Assembly: GCA_034723395.1 (NCBI GenBank)
Contig: JAYEOW010000029.1
Span: 1-64,000 of the forward strand
Length of the DNA stretch: 64,000 nt
Origin: Candidatus Margulisiibacteriota bacterium
GTDB lineage: Bacteria > Margulisbacteria > WOR-1 > O2-12-FULL-45-9
Reading direction: 5' to 3'
The notes under the pieces are model-generated. The model searched no databases. It worked only from the letters and a program-made list of their open reading frames with translations, and had not been told where the DNA came from. Positions within the stretch are counted from its first letter, which is position 1, and each line of letters starts with the position of its first letter. The translations under genes and the position numbers were made by a program. Positions 55,939-63,080 of the stretch are shown in pieces.

Positions 55939-57278
55939 ATTTTTTTTCGCTCACTATAAGGAAGGATCTTCAGCTCTTTCCTGTAGTAGGCGACAGTGCG
56001 CCGATCGATCCCTGCTCCTTTTTTCTTGAGCTCCTCGGTTAGTTGGCTGTCCGATAACGGATCCTCCGGTGCTTCATTTTTTACACACTCAACCAGGAGT
56101 GACTTCATTCTTGCCACAGTCATCCCTCTTGGTCCCCGCGGGCAGAGGAACTTTAATTGATAAAGCCCCTGTGGGGTCTGGATATACTTCTGGGCAATAC
56201 TACGGGATATAGTCGAAGGATGCAATCCGAATCCATCGGCCAGGTCCTTCTGTGCCAAAGGGTTCAGCCAGGTAATCCCCCGGCTTAAAAAGTCCTCTTG
56301 GGTCTCAACTATTTTTCGGACAATTTTCCCCATAGTTTCACTTCTTTTACCAAAATCCTCGATCAGATTTTTGGCTTTTTTAAGCTTTTCCCTGAGGAAT
56401 GTTTTGGTTTCTTCATCGGTTTTGGGATCTTCGAGCATCTTGATATATTGGGGGGATAAATTGATCTTTGGCCCATAACGGGTTTCAAGCGCAATTATCT
56501 TATATCCTTTTTTATCCTTTTCAACCGCGAATGAGGGGATAACATGTTTGGTCTCTCCGCCAAAAGCTGCCGCAGGATTAGGGTGCAGGTTAGTTTTGAT
56601 AAACTCGGCGATCTCTTTTACTCCGGTTTCGGGGATCCCTAAAGCTTTTGAAACCTTGTTGAACTTTTCTTCGCTAATGTCTTCGAGATGTTTGTCGATT
56701 GCCCGGGTGAGCAGGTTTTCTAGCGCTTCATTCTCAAAATTGAATTCGCTAATCTGTATTAGCAGGCATTCCCTGAGGTTGCGGGCCCCGACCCCTTCAG
56801 GCTCAAAACTTTGCACGATCTTTAATATTTTATCGACGGTAGGGCGGGATATGTCATGTTTTTTCATGATCCGATCGCGTAGTTTTGGGTAATTGACCAC
56901 ATAGCCAAAATCATCGATGTTCTCGATGATCTCTTTAGCGATCTCTTTTTGCGGCGATTCGAGATCTTCGAGTTCGAGTTGGTCCAGCAAATGTTCTTCC
57001 AGTGTTTTTTCGACGTTTCCCACATTTTCGAGTCCGGGCAAATCTTTAAAGTCGGCCCCTTTTTTGATTTCTTTATCAGAGGTGAGATAGCGGATGTATT
57101 CAAGATATTCATCCTGGCACTCCACTTCTAAAACCGGATTTTCTTCGGCCTCTTTAACGATATGTTCGACCAGCTCCATATAGGGGACGCTCAAAACCTT
57201 GAGCATCTGGAGCATTCTGGGGGATAAAAGCAGCTCCAGGCTCTGTTTGAGACCCTGTTGAAGGTGAAGGTCAATCAT
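55935..57278 (-). CDS. rpoN: RNA polymerase sigma-54 factor
   Basis: Gln/Leu-rich region I, ENPVLE, EPEGVGARNLRECLLIQ, LHPSTISR, RpoN box RRTVAYYR; start at ATG 57278. Confidence 0.95.
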   Translation of the reverse strand: MIDLHLQQGLKQSLELLLSPRMLQMLKVLSVPYMELVEHIVKEAEENPVLEVECQDEYLEYIRYLTSDKEIKKGADFKDLPGLENVGNVEKTLEEHLLDQLELEDLESPQKEIAKEIIENIDDFGYVVNYPKLRDRIMKKHDISRPTVDKILKIVQSFEPEGVGARNLRECLLIQISEFNFENEALENLLTRAIDKHLEDISEEKFNKVSKALGIPETGVKEIAEFIKTNLHPNPAAAFGGETKHVIPSFAVEKDKKGYKIIALETRYGPKINLSPQYIKMLEDPKTDEETKTFLREKLKKAKNLIEDFGKRSETMGKIVRKIVETQEDFLSRGITWLNPLAQKDLADGFGLHPSTISRSIAQKYIQTPQGLYQLKFLCPRGPRGMTVARMKSLLVECVKNEAPEDPLSDSQLTEELKKKGAGIDRRTVAYYRKELKILPYSERKKI

Positions 57279-57293
57279 GCTACAATTATAGCA
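57278..57293. promoter_or_regulatory. Near-palindromic bidirectional -10 element shared by rpoN and tRNA-fMet
   Basis: TGCTACAATTATAGCA: TGn-TACAAT on plus (with TTGAAG 17 bp upstream) and TGn-TATAAT on minus. Confidence 0.7.
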
Positions 57294-57299
57294 CAACAT

Positions 57300-57373
57300 C
57301 GCGGGGTGGAGCAGTCTGGTAGCTCGTCAGGCTCATAACCTGAAGGCCGTGGGTTCAAATCCCACCCCCGCTA
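57300..57373 (+). tRNA. Initiator tRNA-fMet(CAU), CCA not encoded
   Basis: CGCGGGGTGGAGCAG start, C1:T72 mismatch, TCAGG-CT-CAT-AA-CCTGA anticodon arm, GGTTCAAATCC. Confidence 0.93.
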
Positions 57374-57647
57374 AGTTTCTTTTTCCTACGTTTATCTATC
57401 AGTTTTCATTTGGGTTCTCCCGTCGCACATTATTATAATATTTTAATCTTTGTATTTAAGCTGCGGCTTACTGGTCTGCAATTGACGGGTAATTTTTACT
57501 AAATTTGTGCTTTGACTATTTAAAAGATTGATGTATAATGATTAGTGTACAGGGATATATAATACTAAATATACAACAATGTACAGTGCCAATATACAAA
57601 TAAATTACGGAGGGAGAATAAATTATTCTGTGAGTCTTGTAGAGCGA

Positions 57648-57983
57648 ATGGCGGAGTCTATGATCGAACAGATGAGCAAAAAAGAGAGAGAAGAGCTTTT
57701 TTGTGATATGACGAAGAAGTTCTGTTCGGAAATGGGAGAAGAGGGGCTGCAGAAGATCATGGAAAAGGTGCTTTTCGATATGGGGCCGAAGGACAAGCAT
57801 AGTTTGGTGGAAAAGTTTTTCATGGATATGCCGATGGAGGAAAAAGAGCTTGTTATTGATAGTTTTTTTTCCAACATGTCAAAAGAAGATAAAGAAAAAA
57901 TAATAAATACTATTTTAAAAGATGTGCAGGATGTAGTGGCCAGGAAAAATAGAGAAAAGTCTGGAAAGGGACCCGGGCGGTAA
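57648..57983 (+). CDS. Hypothetical protein made of 16-aa amphipathic repeats (start uncertain, 57630 or 57648)
   Basis: MGEEGLQKIMEKVLFD / MGPKDKHSLVEKFFMD / MPMEEKELVIDSFFSN / MSKEDKEKIINTILKD; TTGACT-16-TATAAT at 57512-57539. Confidence 0.7.
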   Translation: MAESMIEQMSKKEREELFCDMTKKFCSEMGEEGLQKIMEKVLFDMGPKDKHSLVEKFFMDMPMEEKELVIDSFFSNMSKEDKEKIINTILKDVQDVVARKNREKSGKGPGR

Positions 57984-58056
57984 GGCTATTCAAGCAGGAC
58001 GGCTGACACACAGGAAATAGGCAGCCGGGAACAGGCGGCTGAAAGGAAATGGTTGA

Positions 58057-58566
58057 GTGAAAAAACTGATAGTTTTTCTTATACTTCTGATTGCCGTTAT
58101 ATTTTTAGTGAAATACCAGCCTGTAAAAAATAAGCCCTCGGATGAACAGATAAGATCAGACGTGAGATTTGATAGAAAATACGAACAACTGCTCGATGTT
58201 AAAGTAAAAGGGGTCCGCATCAAGGATAATCTGGCACAGGCTTTTGTTGAAGTTAAAACCGGTTTAATCAAAAGCATCGGTTTATTTGGTGTGATGAGCA
58301 AAGAAGAAAATCCACGCGTATGGCGCCTAGCAAAGAAATATTTTTACTTCCTGGATAGCAGGTCGCATTCCCGGCCAGTATCAGTAGAGGCAGATAATAA
58401 ATCGAACGTTAATGACGCCGTCAAGGTGGAAACTAATGAAGATTTTGTTTTTTATTATGTCAAGACCGATAGGGGTTGGGCAAAGATCAGGACCATGGGA
58501 ATTAATAATTTCCTGCAAAAAACATTTGGAACACAAGCAATTTTAAATGAAAAGGAGGTGAAATGA
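58057..58566 (+). CDS. Hypothetical membrane-anchored or secreted protein
   Basis: GTG start, N-terminal hydrophobic helix. Confidence 0.7.
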   Translation: MKKLIVFLILLIAVIFLVKYQPVKNKPSDEQIRSDVRFDRKYEQLLDVKVKGVRIKDNLAQAFVEVKTGLIKSIGLFGVMSKEENPRVWRLAKKYFYFLDSRSHSRPVSVEADNKSNVNDAVKVETNEDFVFYYVKTDRGWAKIRTMGINNFLQKTFGTQAILNEKEVK

Positions 58567-58567
58567 G

Positions 58568-58876
58568 ATGGTAGTTGATTATCTAAAGAAGGGCGTCTTG
58601 GTTGGTCTTGGAGTGAGCTCGATGATAAAGGAAAGAGCGGAAAAAGAATTCGAGAAGATGCAGAAAGACGGCGAATCAGATATCGAAGAGGGGAAAAAGC
58701 TTGTTACGGAATGGATAGAGAGCGCAGAGAAGCAGAATGAGGAATTCCAGAAAAGAGCAGAAGCGGAAGTACAGAAAGTTTTAGAGAGTTTTCCTCTTGC
58801 CACAAAAAAAGATATTGATTCGATTAAAGATGAGCTTAAAGGGTCCCAGGGCAAGCGATCCAAAAAGGACGCGTAG
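58568..58876 (+). CDS. Phasin/PhaF-like helical protein
   Basis: LKKGVLVGLG...KDGE...EEGKKLV...ATKKDI pattern; AGGAGG SD; upstream of an ABC1 kinase. Confidence 0.75.
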   Translation: MVVDYLKKGVLVGLGVSSMIKERAEKEFEKMQKDGESDIEEGKKLVTEWIESAEKQNEEFQKRAEAEVQKVLESFPLATKKDIDSIKDELKGSQGKRSKKDA

Positions 58877-58904
58877 GTTTTACTGATCAGTAAAAAAATC
58901 TTTA

Positions 58905-58942
58905 ATGGCTGGCTGCCTAAACAAGCAGTCAGCCATGTTTTC
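58905..58942 (+). terminator. Stem-loop between the phasin-like and ABC1 kinase genes (possible partial terminator)
   Basis: ATGGCTGGCTGC-CTAAACAA-GCAGTCAGCCAT followed by GTTTTC. Confidence 0.5.
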
Positions 58943-58954
58943 TGAAGGGTAAAA

Positions 58955-60646
58955 ATGAGATTAAGCAGGTTTAAATCTAGAAAAGAGCATTTTGAAAGAA
59001 TAGCGGAAATAACCCGGGTTTTGGCGAAGTACGGGTTTGGCTATTTTTTTGACCGCATTCAGGCCAGAAAAGAATCCATCTTTTCGAAAAACAAAGAGAG
59101 AATTTCTCGTTCGCGGGAAGAATTCAATGCCTCTGTTCCTCGAAGGATAAGAATGGCCCTGGAAGAATTAGGGTCTACTGCCATTAAGTTTGGCCAGATC
59201 ATGAGCACTAGAGAAGACCTGGTCGGCGAAGAATTTGCTAAAGAGTTGTCTTTGCTCCACGATAACGCGGACCCTCTCCCCTACAAAATGGTAAAGTTGG
59301 TGATCGAAGCGGAATTTTCCTGTCCGCTAGATTTACTCTTTGCAAAATTCGACGAGGAACCTTTAGCAAGCGCTTCTTTAGCCCAGGTCCACAAAGCGGT
59401 CTTGGAGAATGGGGACACAGTTGCGGTAAAAGTTCAGAGGCCGGGGGTCATCCAGCAGGTCAAGGGGGATGTGGCCATTTTGCGTTACTTTGCAAAATTG
59501 GTTGACAAATATTCCCTAAGCTCAAAATATTTCCGGACAAATATGAGGAAGATTGTCCTGGAATACGAGCGGACAGTCTTAAAAGAGCTGGATTTTATCC
59601 ACGAAAAAATGAATATCAGGAAGTTCGCGGATAATTTTTCCTCGGACGAAGGGATCTGTGTGCCTGATGTCTACGACGATTATTCGACCAAGCGGGTTTT
59701 GACCATGAAATTTATGGAGGGGGTTAAGATCAGCGAGCTGGAGAAGTCGGGGATTGAATATAATCGGCAGGTTTTAGCCCAAAGGTCCACCGATAGTTAT
59801 TTAAAGCAGATCTTGATCCATGGTTTTTATCACGCCGATCCCCATCCCGGGAATATCCTTGTTATGGAGAACAATGTAATTGGGTATATTGATTTTGGGA
59901 TGATGGGGCACACCGATAAGGATTTTGTCGACGACCTTGTGCAGGCGATTTTCTTTATGCTGGATTTTGATGTCAGCAGCCTGCTTGGCCATTTTACAAA
60001 TATGGGCTTGCTTAACGACAAAGTTAATTTAGAAGTTTTTAAGTACGATTGCATGGACCTTATGAGCCGTTATAACGGCTGCAAGATGAGCGACATAGAT
60101 TTTGCCGAGGTAACGAATAAATATGTAATACTTTTTTCCAGGCACCACGTTAATTTGCCGCGGGAAATGGTCCTTTTATCCAGGAGCTTAATGCTGATGC
60201 AGAATATCGCAGGGACGCTTGATCCGGAGTTCGACGCTCAGCAGGTTTTTAAGCCTTACGTCGGGGAGATCTTGCAGAGAAGAAGAGGTTTTAAAAAGTT
60301 TATTAAATTGATTGAGGGGAATGTTTTTGAGTTCGAGCATTTTCTAAAGACTTTACCGCAAAGTATAAAGAAGGTTTTAAAAAACCTGGAAGATGGAAAA
60401 GTTAACGTGGCGCTCTCTTCCGATAGCCTCGACAGGTTGTCTGATAAATCTGCCGCTTCGAGTAATAAAATTGCCGTAGCAATGGTCGTTTCTTCCCTGG
60501 TAATTGGCTCTTCAGTTGCTTTATTAAGCAATAAGGGGCCATACCTTTTTGGCCTCCCCCTTGTTGGAGTTGCAGGATTGGCGGTTAGCGGACTGGTTGG
60601 CATGGGTTTATATGTTCTGATAATGAAACCAAAAGATAGATCCTGA
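58955..60646 (+). CDS. ABC1/UbiB/AarF atypical kinase
   Basis: IKFGQ..STR, ASASLAQVH, VAVKVQRP, ELDF, YHADPHPGN, IDFGMMG; C-terminal TMs. Confidence 0.93.
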   Translation: MRLSRFKSRKEHFERIAEITRVLAKYGFGYFFDRIQARKESIFSKNKERISRSREEFNASVPRRIRMALEELGSTAIKFGQIMSTREDLVGEEFAKELSLLHDNADPLPYKMVKLVIEAEFSCPLDLLFAKFDEEPLASASLAQVHKAVLENGDTVAVKVQRPGVIQQVKGDVAILRYFAKLVDKYSLSSKYFRTNMRKIVLEYERTVLKELDFIHEKMNIRKFADNFSSDEGICVPDVYDDYSTKRVLTMKFMEGVKISELEKSGIEYNRQVLAQRSTDSYLKQILIHGFYHADPHPGNILVMENNVIGYIDFGMMGHTDKDFVDDLVQAIFFMLDFDVSSLLGHFTNMGLLNDKVNLEVFKYDCMDLMSRYNGCKMSDIDFAEVTNKYVILFSRHHVNLPREMVLLSRSLMLMQNIAGTLDPEFDAQQVFKPYVGEILQRRRGFKKFIKLIEGNVFEFEHFLKTLPQSIKKVLKNLEDGKVNVALSSDSLDRLSDKSAASSNKIAVAMVVSSLVIGSSVALLSNKGPYLFGLPLVGVAGLAVSGLVGMGLYVLIMKPKDRS

Positions 60647-60659
60647 TTATCCTAGCTGT

Positions 60660-61916
60660 TTACCTAACCGGTGTCTCCGCGGCTTGCTTTCCTGCTAAGT
60701 ACCCGGTGCTCCAGCACATTTGCAGGTTAAACCCGCCGGTTGGGCCGTTCAGATCGATAATTTCCCCTGCAAAATAGAGGTTTTTGATCAGTTTTGACCG
60801 CATCGTCTTAGGTTCGATCTCTTTAAGGTTGATGCCACCCGCAGTTGCAATGGCCCGTTCAAAACCCAGCAGGGATCTAACTTTTAAGGTCATTTCCTTT
60901 AGCAGATGAAGCAGCTTATTTCTTTCCTCTTTTGTGATTGCGTTGACCTTTTTATCCGGATCGATCCCGGACAATTTAATGGCTACCGGGATCAATTTCT
61001 GTGGCAGCAATTTGTCTAAGCTGTTTTTAAACATCTTGTTGCTTATGGCGAGCCAGTCGCGCTGGATCCGGCTGTCTAATTTGGGGAATTCCAAAGCTGG
61101 TTTAAAGTCGAGACTTAATTCAACTTCGCCATGTTCCAGGAGTTCACCGATCTTCTGGCTCATGTCTAAAATGATCGGACCGCTTAAACCATCATGCGTG
61201 AATATCGCTTCACCAAAGCGCTCATCTCTTTTTTTACCATGCTGGTAAACGCTTATCCGGGCGTTTTTTAGGCTTAAACCTTCAAGGTCTTTGGCCCAGG
61301 ATTCTTTGGTGCGAACTGGAACTAACGAAGGCTGGGGATCGATGATCTTATGGCCAAGCGTCCCGGCCCAGGCATAACCATCACCGCTTGAGCCGGTCGA
61401 GGGCGCCGCTTTGCCGCCGGTGGTGACGACAAATTTGTTCGCGCTAAAATCTCCCTGGGAAGTTTTTACTTTTTCGATCGCCTTGCCCTTGGTCACCAGC
61501 TTGTGCACAGCGCAATTAGTGATTATTTTTACTTTTTTTTCTTTTAACCAATCAACTAAGGCTTGGAGCACATCGCTCGCCCGGTCGCTGACCGGGAAGA
61601 TCCGTTGACCGCGCTCAACCTTGGTGGCTACGCCGCGCTGATTAAAGAAGTCGATCGTATCCTGAACACTAAATTTGTGGAAAGCCGAGTAAAGGAACTT
61701 ACCGTTTTTGCCAAAGGATTCGATAATCGTCGCTGGATCCGTTTCTGCCGTAGTAATATTGCAACGGCCTTTGCCGGAAATCAGCAGTTTTTTACCCGGA
61801 CGCTCGTTTTTTTCCAGCAAAACAACCTTTGCGCCGCACTCGGCAGCTACGCCCGCGGCCATCAATCCGGCCGGCCCGCCGCCGATTATTACTAGATCAA
61901 AGTGTTGATTGGTCAT
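60660..61916 (-). CDS. HI0933/YhiN/BaiN-family flavoprotein
   Basis: GGGPAG, GKKLLISGKGRCNIT, TGSSGDGY, FTHDGLSGP, GEIID.NGPTGGFNLQ. Confidence 0.92.
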   Translation of the reverse strand: MTNQHFDLVIIGGGPAGLMAAGVAAECGAKVVLLEKNERPGKKLLISGKGRCNITTAETDPATIIESFGKNGKFLYSAFHKFSVQDTIDFFNQRGVATKVERGQRIFPVSDRASDVLQALVDWLKEKKVKIITNCAVHKLVTKGKAIEKVKTSQGDFSANKFVVTTGGKAAPSTGSSGDGYAWAGTLGHKIIDPQPSLVPVRTKESWAKDLEGLSLKNARISVYQHGKKRDERFGEAIFTHDGLSGPIILDMSQKIGELLEHGEVELSLDFKPALEFPKLDSRIQRDWLAISNKMFKNSLDKLLPQKLIPVAIKLSGIDPDKKVNAITKEERNKLLHLLKEMTLKVRSLLGFERAIATAGGINLKEIEPKTMRSKLIKNLYFAGEIIDLNGPTGGFNLQMCWSTGYLAGKQAAETPVR

Positions 61917-61920
61917 GAGG

Positions 61921-62850
61921 TTACTTCTTATGTTTTCTAACTAACTGATATCCCTTTTGAATGCATTCGATGATAAATTCGATTAAGTGAGTTTCAGATT
62001 TTTTCTGGGCATATTCCAAATCTTCATAGTATTCGGTTTTCTGGTTATTTTCGATCAGGCATGGTGCATAGCCCGCATTCAGGAGTTGAATGATCATAAT
62101 TAATCTTCCAGCCCGGCCGTTACCGTCGCCAAAAGGATGGATCGCTTCGAATGCTGCGTGCATTTTGGCAATATGCTTTACTATATGTTCTTTGGTGCGA
62201 TTAATTTTTCTCAATAACCTGGCTATCTCTTCCTGAATATCTTCCGGATGTGGCAGGATTAGGTCTACTCCGCGGATAGCCCGATGATGTTTTGAGTATT
62301 TTCCGGCATCTGGGTTTATTCCTTGTAAAATAATGCCGTGAAGCTTTTTTATGATTTTTTCGGTGATCGGCCCTTTGAATTTGCCGTCGAAGATCATGTT
62401 TAGGGCCACGGCATGATTGGTAGCTTCCAAATGTTCGACATAAGACTTATCTGGAATGTGAGCTTTGTCAAAAATAATTGTTTCGGTCTGTTTTTTGGTA
62501 AGCGTGCTTCCTTCAATGGCGTTGGAATTATAGGTAAGTTCCAAAAGGAGGTCTTCCCTTAAGTGTTTATTTTCTTTTATTATCTTTTTTATGTTTTTAT
62601 GTTTTTTCTTTTCCCGGTCGAGCGAATGAAGCGCTTGCCGGATGTTTTTGTCAGGAAGAGGGAGGATGCCGACCTCCTCTTTATAGACCCTATAGATCTC
62701 TTTTTGGGTTGAAGGGCGCGGTTTTGCCCGTTGGTTAAGCCAGCGATTAAGGGCAGCAAAGGTAACGCCGATTTCTTGGGCCAGCTTTACCTGGCTCCAG
62801 CCGGTTGCGTTGAGAATGGCCTTTATTTGCGCTATATAGTTATTAGGCAT
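61921..62850 (-). CDS. XRE-HTH fused Fic-domain protein
   Basis: WSQVKLAQEIGVTFAALNRW; SNAIEGS inhibitory motif; HPFGDGNGRAGR Fic motif. Confidence 0.93.
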   Translation of the reverse strand: MPNNYIAQIKAILNATGWSQVKLAQEIGVTFAALNRWLNQRAKPRPSTQKEIYRVYKEEVGILPLPDKNIRQALHSLDREKKKHKNIKKIIKENKHLREDLLLELTYNSNAIEGSTLTKKQTETIIFDKAHIPDKSYVEHLEATNHAVALNMIFDGKFKGPITEKIIKKLHGIILQGINPDAGKYSKHHRAIRGVDLILPHPEDIQEEIARLLRKINRTKEHIVKHIAKMHAAFEAIHPFGDGNGRAGRLIMIIQLLNAGYAPCLIENNQKTEYYEDLEYAQKKSETHLIEFIIECIQKGYQLVRKHKK

Positions 62851-62916
62851 ATATGGGCATAGTATATACGAAACTATATAGAGGTGTCAAGGGCAAATTG
62901 GCTTTTTGCCGTCGCG

Positions 62917-62942
62917 GCGCAATTAGTGATTATTTTAACTTT
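62917..62942. repeat. 26-bp copy of an internal segment of the BaiN-like gene (61510-61535)
   Basis: GCGCAATTAGTGATTATTTT(T/A)ACTTT, 25/26 identical, same orientation. Confidence 0.8.
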
Positions 62943-63080
62943 AAAGAGGATAGAGAAGAATTCCAATGAAGATATCGGCGTAATTTTGCGAAATAGTGAA
63001 ATTTTTGAGGGGGGACGACGATGATAATGTGATGTGGGAAGTAGTGCTGGCCGGGAAATTAAGTTGAATGGGGATAAATT

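Noticed and set aside
312..62000. Numerous 60-230 aa ORFs antisense to, or out of frame within, recognised genes
   Set aside because: They are shadows of well-supported genes and have no motifs or initiation signals.
62976..62990. Possible sigma54 promoter CGGCGTAATTTTGCG
   Set aside because: GG-to-GC spacing is 9 nt, not the required 10.
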